A DNA stretch of 64,000 bases from Candidatus Woesearchaeota archaeon (GCA_018676855.1 JABHDY010000004.1:28972-92971); one strand, 5' to 3'. Counted from the stretch's first letter, positions 38,234 through 47,996 are shown. The notes: generated from the letters alone by a model not told the origin. Numbers and translations are program-made.

Positions 38234-38794
38234 ATGGTTGAAGAAAGTATTTTCAGAGGTGTAATAGACTTTTTCGGAAAGATTGGTATCTACGATGTCA
38301 TCTTACCGTTCCTTCTAGTGTTTACAATAGTCTTTGCAATCTTTGAAAAAACAAAAATTCTTGGCGTTGAAAAGATTGATGGAAAAGAATATACAAAGAA
38401 AAATATTAATTCTATCGTTGCATTCATTGTTGCGTTACTTGTCGTTGCATCAACACAGCTTGTAAGTGTAATTAATGAAGTAATGGCAAACGTTGTTTTA
38501 TTATTAATATTAGCAGTGTGCTTCCTTCTCCTTGTTGGCGTGTTCTTTAAAGATAATGAATTTTCGCTTGAAAAAATGCCAGGATGGACAAAGTTCTTCA
38601 TGGTAGTTATGTTCATTGCAATTATTGTTATCTTTCTTAACGCGCTTGACTGGTTCCAATACATCTTTGCACTGTTTGTTTTCTGGGATGCAACATGGGC
38701 AGCAGCAATAATCTTCGTACTTGTCATGTTAGGTTTCATGTGGTTTATAACAAAAGATAACGTTCCAAAATCAAAGGGAGATAAAAAAGAATGA
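38234..38794 (+). CDS. Multi-pass membrane protein (paralogue 1 of 3)
   Basis: YDVILPFLLVFTIVFAIFEKTKI...NSIVAFIVAL; about 5 TMs. Confidence 0.8.
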   Translation: MVEESIFRGVIDFFGKIGIYDVILPFLLVFTIVFAIFEKTKILGVEKIDGKEYTKKNINSIVAFIVALLVVASTQLVSVINEVMANVVLLLILAVCFLLLVGVFFKDNEFSLEKMPGWTKFFMVVMFIAIIVIFLNALDWFQYIFALFVFWDATWAAAIIFVLVMLGFMWFITKDNVPKSKGDKKE

Positions 38795-38828
38795 GTAATA
38801 TATTGTTTCAAATGAGGTGGTTTTCATA

Positions 38829-39407
38829 ATGGTAGGCGCAGGTATTTCAACACTTACAACATATTTTCAAACATACGGAGTAATGGATTTCATATTACCA
38901 TTCCTTCTTGTGTTTACAATAATTTTTGCCGTAACGGCATTCGTTCCTTTATTTAAGGACCATAAAAATTTTAGAGTAGTTATTGCACTGATATTAGGAT
39001 TAATTTTTGTAGCTCCGCACGTCATGGGCACGTATCCGTTAGGATACGATCCTGTTCAAGTAATGAATGAAGCAATTCCAAGCATTTCATTGGTCGCGGT
39101 TGCCGCAGTAATGTTACTTCTTTTAATGGGAATCTTTGGAACAGACTTTTCAAAGAAAGCTGCACCCGTAATCGCAATTGCATCAATTGGTTTTATCTTT
39201 TACATCTTTGGTGCATCACTTAACTTCTGGACAGGACCGTACGATGCATTTTCATGGTGGACAGAAGAAGCCACGGAACTCCTTATTATCATCCTTGCGT
39301 TTGGTGTAGTTGTATGGTTAATTACAAAAGAACCTAGTAAAGGAAAGGGTATGGACTCAATCAAAAACATTGGAAAATGGGTTGGAGACTTTTTTGAGAA
39401 GAAATAA
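38829..39407 (+). CDS. Multi-pass membrane protein (paralogue 2 of 3)
   Basis: DFILPFLLVFTIIFAV...VVIALILGL; SD GAGGTG. Confidence 0.8.
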   Translation: MVGAGISTLTTYFQTYGVMDFILPFLLVFTIIFAVTAFVPLFKDHKNFRVVIALILGLIFVAPHVMGTYPLGYDPVQVMNEAIPSISLVAVAAVMLLLLMGIFGTDFSKKAAPVIAIASIGFIFYIFGASLNFWTGPYDAFSWWTEEATELLIIILAFGVVVWLITKEPSKGKGMDSIKNIGKWVGDFFEKK

Positions 39408-39420
39408 GTTTTGATACACA

Positions 39421-39987
39421 ATGGCAACAGTATTAGATATTAGTTTGTTCCAATCGTTCAGTTCACTATTTCCAATACTGTTTGTTTTTGCAATTGTCCT
39501 TGGATTATTACAAAAAATTAAGCCGCTAGGTGATTCTGTTGCACTTAATTCCATTATTGCTGTTGCAATAGCATTAATGTCGTTATTATCAGATACACTT
39601 ATACAAGTTATCAACTTTATGATTCCATGGTTTGTTATTGTATTTATATTTTTTATTCTTATGTTACTTATTTTCCAAATATTTGGGGCAAGTGAAAAAG
39701 ATATATTTTCATACCTTAAAGGAGATAAAAGTATATCATGGGTCATTATTGGTATAAGTTTGATCATTCTCTTTGCAGCAATAGGAAACGTTTTTGGTCA
39801 AAGTATTGGTCCGTACTTAGACGAAGCAGGTAATGAAACAGTTATTGGTGGAGAAGCAAGTGTGGCTACGGGAAGTTTTGAACAGAATATCTTTGCAACA
39901 ATGTTTCATCCGAAAGTTCTTGGATTTGGCGTTATATTTATCATTATGATATTTGCCATTGCATTACTTACCGGTTCTCAAGATTAA
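39421..39987 (+). CDS. Multi-pass membrane protein (paralogue 3 of 3)
   Basis: LFPILFVFAIVLGLLQK...NSIIAVAIAL. Confidence 0.8.
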   Translation: MATVLDISLFQSFSSLFPILFVFAIVLGLLQKIKPLGDSVALNSIIAVAIALMSLLSDTLIQVINFMIPWFVIVFIFFILMLLIFQIFGASEKDIFSYLKGDKSISWVIIGISLIILFAAIGNVFGQSIGPYLDEAGNETVIGGEASVATGSFEQNIFATMFHPKVLGFGVIFIIMIFAIALLTGSQD

Positions 39988-40023
39988 TAATAATAATAAT
40001 TCTAGAAAAAGAAAATTAATACT

Positions 40024-40557
40024 TTATTTTTTTCGTACGTTTTCGGTTATTCCCTTAAGCTCTTTAACGTTTTCAACAAATTCTGGAACAACGTCCTTAA
40101 ACACTTTACCAACGGCTTTAAGTTCCGTACCGACATCAATCATACGTTTATCATACTCTTCAACCTTACCTAGTACACCCTGATGTAACGTTTTAAAATC
40201 TTCTTTAAGTTTCTCAACATCATTATTAAGTTTTGATTGCATTGATTCAACACGTTCTTTCCATTCAATAATCTTACGAACTTCTGCAATAAGATCGTCC
40301 CACTTTTCATCAACTATACTTTCTGTAATACTTTCAATCCTCTCATAAATATTTCCCTCTGATGAAGGTGCTGATGAAGGCATCCCAGAAAATGAACCGT
40401 TAGGAGACGGTGGTGCTGATGCGCCAGTGTCCATGTGTGAAAGTGCCGTATGAATCTGTTCCTGAGTATATCCTCTCTTTGTCAGTTCATCCATAATAAT
40501 ATTATCAGTTAAACCCTGATTCCGTAATTCCATAATGTCTGATGTTGGATCTGCCAT
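40024..40557 (-). CDS. Coiled-coil protein with N-terminal three-helix GY/GW motif
   Basis: LRNQGLTDNIIMDELTKRGYTQEQIHTAL; IESITESIVDEKW; long heptad region; SD AGGTGA. Confidence 0.8.
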   Translation of the reverse strand: MADPTSDIMELRNQGLTDNIIMDELTKRGYTQEQIHTALSHMDTGASAPPSPNGSFSGMPSSAPSSEGNIYERIESITESIVDEKWDDLIAEVRKIIEWKERVESMQSKLNNDVEKLKEDFKTLHQGVLGKVEEYDKRMIDVGTELKAVGKVFKDVVPEFVENVKELKGITENVRKK

Positions 40558-40599
40558 ATATCTATCACCTACTTTTGTATTATCATACTGTTACTATAT

Positions 40600-40980
40600 T
40601 TATTTCTTTTGTTTTGTTATATGAAGTCGTGCATCAATTGCACGTTCTAAATCTCGTTGCGTTACAAAATTCATGGGACTCCACAAATCTACATATTTTT
40701 TTAACACTTGTACTTCTTCATATCCAGCAGTCATTTTAAGTTCTTTAATGATAATGTCCATTTTTTGTAATGATTGATCTTGCGATCGTTTAAATTCTAA
40801 CACGTCATCACTTAACACTTTTAATTCTTTTGTAAGACTAAGATTTTTTCGTACAAAATCGTTCTTAAGGACGTCAAGTTCCCTAAGCAAATTGTTTACC
40901 TTACCCTCTAGCGATTTTACCCATACATACAACTTTGCAGGGTCAAACGCTGAATCTTGTTGTACTGGTTGCTGTTCCAT
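40600..40980 (-). CDS. Coiled-coil hypothetical protein
   Basis: Heptad repeats; LKKYVDLWSPMNFVT tail; TATA upstream. Confidence 0.75.
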   Translation of the reverse strand: MEQQPVQQDSAFDPAKLYVWVKSLEGKVNNLLRELDVLKNDFVRKNLSLTKELKVLSDDVLEFKRSQDQSLQKMDIIIKELKMTAGYEEVQVLKKYVDLWSPMNFVTQRDLERAIDARLHITKQKK

Positions 40981-41129
40981 AGTCTCAGTTATATGAAAGA
41001 GAATATAATAAACTTATGTGAGTATTGTATAATGGTAAAGAATGTGTGGAGTAAGAATGTGCATGTGCGAGATATTACGTGAAAAAAATTATTTAAGATG
41101 ATATTCAGTTTTATAATGTCCAACAAAAA

Positions 41130-41396
41130 TCAAACCCATGTATAGGCTTCTAATGATTCAAACTCACCTTTTCTGTCAAGGATAACTGTACCTTTATCAT
41201 CACCAATCATTACTTGTACATGCCATCCGTCCTGTTTAAGGATGATTTGGTGTACAACGACAGGTTCTTCAATACCAATCTGATTGATAAGGTACGTCGT
41301 TGCAATACCGCCAGCTTCCGCCTGCGTAATATCTTTTACACAGCCAGTAAGAAGAATTAATGAGAAAATGACCAATGCAAACATTATTTTTTTCAT
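41130..41396 (-). CDS. Small putative lipoprotein
   Basis: MKK-hydrophobic-LTGC signal; ITQAEA...WHVQV pattern (PepSY-like). Confidence 0.7.
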   Translation of the reverse strand: MKKIMFALVIFSLILLTGCVKDITQAEAGGIATTYLINQIGIEEPVVVHQIILKQDGWHVQVMIGDDKGTVILDRKGEFESLEAYTWV

Positions 41397-41500
41397 AATT
41401 GTACTTGAAACTCAGAGGATACTTAAATAGTTTTTGGAATCAAGTCTCCAAACCACAGAAAATATAATAAACAACAACGTACTCTTATCATAAATAAAAG

Positions 41501-43795
41501 ATGGTGCAAGAAAAAATATTGAAATGTTTTGACTATGAAACATATCATGAAGGAGAGAATAAAGTACTGAAAGTATCGTTAGAAAAATGTACATTTCCAC
41601 CATCGATTGAGTATAGTGGCGTATGTATGAGTAAAGTTATTGATGCGCTAATCGCAAATTCTGGCATAACAATTATCATTTTAACACAATTACGAGAATA
41701 TGAATATGATTTTGCACAAACTTCTATCCTGAACGAAATTGCTGCTGTCTACAAAAAATTAAATAGGGATGAACGACAAGCACATTCTCGTATTGTAACG
41801 GATCCACAACATGAACGGTACATACGTGGAAGTTATGCACAATTTCAACGACTTATTTCTAAACAGTTAAAGGAAGATCCACTTTCAGCGTTCGTTGAAC
41901 TGAAACGTCTTGAACGTCGAGAAAAAGCAAAATTGGACGCACTTATTGATGAACGACATTCACAAAGTCAACAAATATTTTTACAGATTATGCAAGAAGC
42001 TATCGCAATTATTGAACATACAACGCTTATCAGAACACTTATGCCACACACGCACGAGTATGATCTTGGAACGAGGCAAATATATCAAAATGTACTCAAT
42101 CCAACAACAAAACCCGATTTTATGTATACAAAAGTAATTACAGAATTTCCTGAAGGAAATTTTGAAGAAAGTTATAATTTTATGTCTGGAGAGGATACTA
42201 TTCAAGTTAACATATTTAGTTTCAATGATGAGATTAAAGTTATGTATCATATAACACCGCCAGAATTTCGTTTCACGGAAGAAGAATATGGACTTCTTGA
42301 CAATGCAAAACGTATCTTGGCAGAACATAAACCTACACGGGAAGAGTTTGTTGACCCAGAACGTATGCGTGAAGTGTTCCTTAATATTGGAAGGGATTTG
42401 TTAAAAGATTTGGTACAACATAATAATAGTATGGTAACAGATTCTAAAGTTGACCAACTTGCACATGCACTCCTTCGATACACGGTTGGGTTTGGATTAA
42501 TAGAACTGTTGTTAGCAGACCCTAAAGTTCAAGACGTTAACATTAACTCTCCAAATGGTGAGCTCCCAATATTTATTGTTCATCAAGATTATGGTGATTG
42601 TTATACGAACGTATATCCAACACATGCAGAAGTTGAAAGTTGGGCAACCAAATTACGACTTATTTCAGGACGGCCGTTAGATGAAGCTAACCCCATACTA
42701 GATACAGAACTTAAAGTTGTTGGGTTCAGTTCAAGGGTATCAACAATAACTGCTCCTTTAAGTCCAACGGGCTTAGCATTTTCGTTTAGAAGGCACAGAG
42801 ATTTTCCATGGACATTTCCATTATATTCACAATCAAAAATACGGTACATGGATTCAATGGCTGCAGGATTGTTAAGTTTTGTCATCGATAATAATGCAGC
42901 AATATTAGTTGCAGGGACACGGTCAAGCGGTAAAACGTCACTACTTGGATCGTTCTTAACAGAAATTATGCGTAAAACTCGTATAATTACAATTGAAGAT
43001 ACGTTTGAACTTCCACAAGAATCTATGCGTAAATTAGGGTATAACATTGAATCGTTAAAAGTAGCGTCTGCATTATCATCGCCGGGATCAGAAGTTGATC
43101 CGTCAATTGGTATACGGTCAACGTTACGTATGGGCGACTCCGCAATATTTGTTGGTGAGGTACGAAGTAAAGAAGCAATTGCATTATTTGAAGCAATGCG
43201 TGTTGGTGCTGCAGCGAACGTTGTTGCGGGAACCATTCATGCAGATTCTCCCTACGGCGTGTATGATAGAGTTGTTAATGATATTGGCGTACCAAAAACG
43301 TCATTTAAAGCTATTGATATTATTGTAACTACAAATCCGGTCATTTCTGGTCTTAAAAAGTATAAACGGATTCTTCGTATAACAGAAGTTCGTAAAGAAT
43401 GGGACGAAGATCCATTAAAAGAGGGAGCCTTTGTTGATTTAATGGTATATAATCCTAAAACTGATAAACTTGAAATTACTGATGAACTTAAGAACGGCAA
43501 TTCAGTTATCCTTAAACGTATGGCGGGAAAAGTGAAGGAATTTGCTGGTGATTGGAGTGCTGTCTGGGACAATATTGAATTACGGGCAAAATGTAAACAA
43601 GCAATTGTTGACATTGCAGAAGAAGAAAAGAATGATTCAATTCTTGAAGCCGATTTTGTAACTAGGGCAAACGATGTATTTCATATAATTTCTGACAGAG
43701 TGAAAGATGCAGTAGGAACGCTTGATTCTCATAGAATATTTTTTGAATATAATGATTGGATACGTAAAGAAGTAAAGAAAAGGAAGATTGAGTGA
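41501..43795 (+). CDS. Type II/IV secretion (VirB11/TadA/ArlI-like) ATPase with long N-terminal extension
   Basis: Walker A AGTRSSGKT, TIEDTFEL Asp box, LRMGD..FVGEVR Walker B, GTIHA His box. Confidence 0.9.
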   Translation: MVQEKILKCFDYETYHEGENKVLKVSLEKCTFPPSIEYSGVCMSKVIDALIANSGITIIILTQLREYEYDFAQTSILNEIAAVYKKLNRDERQAHSRIVTDPQHERYIRGSYAQFQRLISKQLKEDPLSAFVELKRLERREKAKLDALIDERHSQSQQIFLQIMQEAIAIIEHTTLIRTLMPHTHEYDLGTRQIYQNVLNPTTKPDFMYTKVITEFPEGNFEESYNFMSGEDTIQVNIFSFNDEIKVMYHITPPEFRFTEEEYGLLDNAKRILAEHKPTREEFVDPERMREVFLNIGRDLLKDLVQHNNSMVTDSKVDQLAHALLRYTVGFGLIELLLADPKVQDVNINSPNGELPIFIVHQDYGDCYTNVYPTHAEVESWATKLRLISGRPLDEANPILDTELKVVGFSSRVSTITAPLSPTGLAFSFRRHRDFPWTFPLYSQSKIRYMDSMAAGLLSFVIDNNAAILVAGTRSSGKTSLLGSFLTEIMRKTRIITIEDTFELPQESMRKLGYNIESLKVASALSSPGSEVDPSIGIRSTLRMGDSAIFVGEVRSKEAIALFEAMRVGAAANVVAGTIHADSPYGVYDRVVNDIGVPKTSFKAIDIIVTTNPVISGLKKYKRILRITEVRKEWDEDPLKEGAFVDLMVYNPKTDKLEITDELKNGNSVILKRMAGKVKEFAGDWSAVWDNIELRAKCKQAIVDIAEEEKNDSILEADFVTRANDVFHIISDRVKDAVGTLDSHRIFFEYNDWIRKEVKKRKIE

Positions 43796-43854
43796 GAGTA
43801 ACTTCGTCGCAATGTTTTTATACTCCATTCTATTAATCGTCACTGAGGCTATAG

Positions 43855-46071
43855 ATGGAACAGGACGAACTGCAACAACTACGTGAAAAGTATAAAGCGA
43901 AGATTAAAGAAGAGTTTGGTGAAGCGCCCGTGAAGGGTGTTGAAGTTTCTTCTCGTGAGTATACAGAATTTAAGCAAGAACTGTATCCAACACATTATTC
44001 GTTCTATGAAAAGATGTGCAATTTTTCTGAGAAATTATTAAAATTAAAAGTTAATCCAAAGAAAGCTGAAAAGTATCAAAAGTCTATCAAGACATGTCAT
44101 CTTAACGTAACGCCGTCAGGTGTAACGTCATTAGCAATTCTTACGGGAATACTCTTGATAGTTTTTGGAACATTGTTTCTTGCTGGTCTCCCAGTTCTTT
44201 TCGGTTCAGAACCATTACTTATCCTTATTTTGTTTGGTTTAATTGCAGGAATGGTTTCTATTCCTTTATTACAACGAGTTCCACATTTCATGGCAAACAC
44301 ATGGCGTATAAAAGCGTCAAGTCAAATGGTACAAAGCGTTTTTTATATGGTTACGTTTATGCGGCACACATCAAATTTGGAACGAGCAATAAAATTTGCT
44401 GCTGACCATCTTGAACCGCCAATTTCTCTTGATTTTAGAAAAATATTATGGGACGTGGAAACACAGAAGTATAGTACAATACGTGATTCAGCAAACGAAT
44501 ATCTTGAATCGTGGAAAGAATGGGACAAGGAATTTGTTGAAGCGTTTCATTTAATTGAATCGTCATTGTTTGAATCTGCTGAAGAACGACGATTAGCACT
44601 TCTTGACAAATCGCTTGACGTTATTTTAACGGGAACGTACGAAAACATGTTACATTATGCACATAATCTTAAATCGCCAATGACAATGTTGCACATGTTA
44701 GGTATTATCCTTCCAATATTAGGATTAGTTATTTTACCTTTAGTTGTTAGTTTTATGAGTTCAGGTTCAAATCCAATTATTATTTCGTTATACATTGCAC
44801 TACTGTATAATATAAGTATTCCAACAAGTGTCTATTTTCTTGGAAAAACTATTTTATCGAAACGTCCTGCTGGGTACGGTTCGACAGATATAAGTGAACA
44901 GAAAGGATTCAAGAAATTGCGGAACGTTAATATTCCTCTTGGAAAAAAATTTTCTATCGGTATCAATCCTGCATTTTTTGCAATAACTTTATTTTGTGTC
45001 GCTGCACTTATTGGATTTAGTCCTATAATTCTTCACAATTTAGGAACGGCAGATTTTGAAATTATTCCTGGAAAAGATATTAAAATGTTAGATTATGTGT
45101 GTCGACCATGTGAAGAGGGCATGCCAGCAAATTCGTGTGGAATAGAATGTGATGAAGATAAGAAGGTTGGACCCTACGGCATGGGCGCATCATTATTATC
45201 TCTCCTTATCATTGCTGGGCTTGGAGTTTCAATAGGACTATACTTTTCACTCCGATCAAAGAATGTTATTAAGATACGACAAAAAACTAAAGAGTTAGAG
45301 GACGAATTTTCATCTGCATTGTTCCAGTTAGGAAATAGGTTAGGTGACGGCATACCCGCAGAGATTGCGTTCGCTAAAGTTGCAGTAACCATGCAGGGAA
45401 CAACGTCTGGCGATTTCTTTACAGTTACAGAAAGAAACATGACAAGTCTTGGTATGGGCCTTGAACAAGCAATATTTGATAGTAAAGTTGGTGCACTTGT
45501 TAACTTTCCGTCAAAAGTTATTGAATCTTCAATGAAAGTCCTTATTGAAAGTGCAAAGAAAGGACCGTTAATTGCTGCACGAGCATTATTGTCAATGTCA
45601 CGGTACATTAAAGAGATTCATCGTGTTGAAGAACGTTTGAAAGATTTAATGTCAGACGTTATTTCTTCTATGAAATCACAGATTAAATTTTTAACGCCTG
45701 CCATTGCAGGTATAGTTATTGGTATAACGTCAATGATCTCAGGTATTTTAACAAAACTTACTGCACGGTTAGGTAGCATTACAAGTGGTGGTGATGGAAT
45801 TAGCGAAACGGGAGAGTTGTTAAGCATATTTGGTATTGGCATTCCCACATTTTATTTTCAGATAGTTGTAGGAATTTATATTGTACAGATAATTTATATC
45901 CTTACAGTGTTAAGTAACGGAATAGAAAATGGTTCTGATAAGCTTGGTGAGAGGTTCATGTTAGGAAAGAACTTAATTTCCAGTACGTTATTATATTGCT
46001 TTTTAGCGGGAGTTGTCATGATACTCTTTAACTTGTTTTCAAGTTCAATACTTACTGGCGCTTTAACATAG
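43855..46071 (+). CDS. T4P/T2SS membrane platform protein (TadBC/ArlJ-like)
   Basis: Adjacent to the ATPase; multiple TMs; NLERAIKFAA and LGNRLGDGIPAEIA T2SSF-like segments. Confidence 0.8.
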   Translation: MEQDELQQLREKYKAKIKEEFGEAPVKGVEVSSREYTEFKQELYPTHYSFYEKMCNFSEKLLKLKVNPKKAEKYQKSIKTCHLNVTPSGVTSLAILTGILLIVFGTLFLAGLPVLFGSEPLLILILFGLIAGMVSIPLLQRVPHFMANTWRIKASSQMVQSVFYMVTFMRHTSNLERAIKFAADHLEPPISLDFRKILWDVETQKYSTIRDSANEYLESWKEWDKEFVEAFHLIESSLFESAEERRLALLDKSLDVILTGTYENMLHYAHNLKSPMTMLHMLGIILPILGLVILPLVVSFMSSGSNPIIISLYIALLYNISIPTSVYFLGKTILSKRPAGYGSTDISEQKGFKKLRNVNIPLGKKFSIGINPAFFAITLFCVAALIGFSPIILHNLGTADFEIIPGKDIKMLDYVCRPCEEGMPANSCGIECDEDKKVGPYGMGASLLSLLIIAGLGVSIGLYFSLRSKNVIKIRQKTKELEDEFSSALFQLGNRLGDGIPAEIAFAKVAVTMQGTTSGDFFTVTERNMTSLGMGLEQAIFDSKVGALVNFPSKVIESSMKVLIESAKKGPLIAARALLSMSRYIKEIHRVEERLKDLMSDVISSMKSQIKFLTPAIAGIVIGITSMISGILTKLTARLGSITSGGDGISETGELLSIFGIGIPTFYFQIVVGIYIVQIIYILTVLSNGIENGSDKLGERFMLGKNLISSTLLYCFLAGVVMILFNLFSSSILTGALT

Positions 46072-46123
46072 GGTAAATACCCTAAAAACATTTATAAACA
46101 CCTATTTAATTGAATGAGTAAAT

Positions 46124-46268
46124 GGGGCTGTAGCTCAATCTGGGACATAAGGAATACATTATTTCTTGTGCAGGAAAGAGCACTAGACTGAAGATACGAA
46201 AAATCCAAGATTTTTGGAATGTCGTAACCGACATCTAGGTGTTCGGGGTTCAAATCCCCGCAGCCCCA
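46124..46268 (+). tRNA. tRNA-Phe(GAA) with two introns: 46145-46176 (position 20/21) and 46194-46232 (position 37/38)
   Basis: Removing both inserts gives GGGGCTGTAGCTCAATCTGGGAGAGCACTAGACTGAAGATCTAGGTGTTCGGGGTTCAAATCCCCGCAGCCCCA, a clean cloverleaf. TTTATAAA promoter at 46091. Confidence 0.88.
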
Positions 46269-46321
46269 CATTTTTCTTTATAGAAGTTAAATTTATATAC
46301 TCAATTGATTTATCTTTTTAT

Positions 46322-47014
46322 ATGGCGCGGCCAAAAAAGAGTGTACAAAAGAATAGTAATAGAGTCCAAGATAAAATCTTCTGGGCAGCGTTAGGTATTA
46401 TATTCATTATTTCTACTGTTGTAATTGTCACTAATGTTGATACAAGTATTGATTTAACAGGAAATGCTGTTGTTCAAACAATAAGTTATTTTAAAGCCGG
46501 TGGTGAAATGTTCCTTGAAACAAAAACTGGCGGAATTCAAGATATAACGGTAACGTTTAACGAAGAAGTTAAAAATTCGCTTATTAAAACTGAAATGGTT
46601 GATGACGTTTCATGGAACTTTGATGGTAAGGTATATTCGAAAGTAAAAATATCATCAGTTATTGAAGATAAGATTAATGAAGGAATAAAAGTAACATTAA
46701 AAATAAGGGAGAATGATCTTCTTGAATCAGGAATTTCTCAGGGAGACGTACGTCTTTTTGTTAATGGTGAAAAGTTAGACACTGTTTTTGACAAGTCAAA
46801 AGACGGATATTTATATTATAAAGCTGTCAGTCCAAGTTTGGGAGAGTTTATTATTGGTAAGGAAATGGTGAAAGAAGTTGAAGTTGTTAATGACGTTGTT
46901 CCTGAACCGGTTGTTGAAGTGGTAGATGAGCGGGTTGTTGAAGAAGAAGTTGTAGAAGAGGAAGCAGGTTTCTTTGCAAGTATTGGTAATTTCTTTAAAG
47001 GATTGTTTAATTAA
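46322..47014 (+). CDS. Surface protein with PGF-pre-PGF-like domain
   Basis: N-terminal TM plus LTGNAV; VYSKVKI...VRLFV...YYKAVSPSLGEFIIG resembles the C-terminal domain of the 938-aa protein. Start moved to 46322, out of the tRNA. Confidence 0.7.
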   Translation: MARPKKSVQKNSNRVQDKIFWAALGIIFIISTVVIVTNVDTSIDLTGNAVVQTISYFKAGGEMFLETKTGGIQDITVTFNEEVKNSLIKTEMVDDVSWNFDGKVYSKVKISSVIEDKINEGIKVTLKIRENDLLESGISQGDVRLFVNGEKLDTVFDKSKDGYLYYKAVSPSLGEFIIGKEMVKEVEVVNDVVPEPVVEVVDERVVEEEVVEEEAGFFASIGNFFKGLFN

Positions 47015-47051
47015 TAATTTCTAAGAAAAGAAAAAAAAAGAAAAAAAAAGA

Positions 47052-47186
47052 CTAATAACCACGGCAGTTTTTGCAGTAATATCTGTTTGCATTTTCAACA
47101 ACAATACGATTACCACATCCCTTGCAACACCGTTGGATTTTAAATTTCTTTACCTCTTGGAAGACGTGTTGCTTCAGTTTTATCAC
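47052..47186 (-). CDS. Zinc-ribbon microprotein (41-44 aa, non-ATG start)
   Basis: (VIK)LKQHVFQEVKKFKIQRCCKGCGNRIVVENANRYYCKNCRGY*: two CxxC pairs, SD AAGGTGAT, TATA near 47300, T tract after the stop. Confidence 0.65.
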   Translation of the reverse strand: MIKLKQHVFQEVKKFKIQRCCKGCGNRIVVENANRYYCKNCRGY

Positions 47187-47369
47187 CTTCTTTTTTTTGA
47201 AAAGTGTAAGAAAGATTTATTTTCTTATCACCTTTTTTTGTTTTCTCTTTTTTTTAGAACCAACTCTGTAATTTATCTGTAAACAAAACAAGTATATAAA
47301 TGTTCTGTGATTATCGAGGTAAAAACAACGTTTTTTACAAAATTTGTAGTCTATAAAAAATTAAAATAA

Positions 47370-47996
47370 TTACAAAAAGAATAAGAAAAACAATCCGAAC
47401 GCAACCATTGCACCCCACACACTTGGTTGCCAACGGAAAATTTTAAGACCGTCAAAATGACCGAACGGAATTAAATTAAATAATCCTAACCACATGTTAA
47501 TGAAAAAACCTATTTGAAATGCGAATGCAAATGAAGTATAAAAGTTCATTAATCCTAAAAATATCATCGCTAAGACAAAATTTGTAAGAGGACCAACTGC
47601 ACTAATAATACCGTTTTCTTTTCGTGTTATCTGTCCAGAGATCATAACTGCGCCAGGTGCTGCAAAGATAAAACCGACCACTGCAGCTAAACCAACTGCA
47701 ACATATAACATCTGATCAAACGCTCTAAACTCTGCAACACAACCATATTTCTGTGCAGCAAACTTATGTGCAAGTTCGTGAAATAAAAATCCTATACCTG
47801 CAGTAAACAATGAAATGCCAAACATTAATAAGAATTGTACAGAAAATATTCCTGTAAATGAATTACCACCAAGTAAACGAATTCCTGAATATACTAACGC
47901 AAATGCGAATGATAATGCTAACCACGCTTTTGTAATATCAATTAGTTCTGTCTTAGAAGTCTTAATCTTTCCCAGTCGTATCATCTTGTTTGTCAT
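47370..47996 (-). CDS. Site-2 protease family (M50) intramembrane metalloprotease
   Basis: HELAH, ISAVGPLTN, FNLIPFGHFDG; multiple TMs. Confidence 0.9.
   Translation of the reverse strand: MTNKMIRLGKIKTSKTELIDITKAWLALSFAFALVYSGIRLLGGNSFTGIFSVQFLLMFGISLFTAGIGFLFHELAHKFAAQKYGCVAEFRAFDQMLYVAVGLAAVVGFIFAAPGAVMISGQITRKENGIISAVGPLTNFVLAMIFLGLMNFYTSFAFAFQIGFFINMWLGLFNLIPFGHFDGLKIFRWQPSVWGAMVAFGLFFLFFL

Noticed and set aside
46214-46321. N-terminal extension of the 266-aa ORF
   Set aside because: Overlaps tRNA-Phe; ATG 46322 follows a TATA box at leaderless spacing.
47024-47050. Long A/T tracts between convergent genes (also near 7375, 12760, 13955, 53845, 62110)
   Set aside because: Ordinary archaeal oligo-T terminators.
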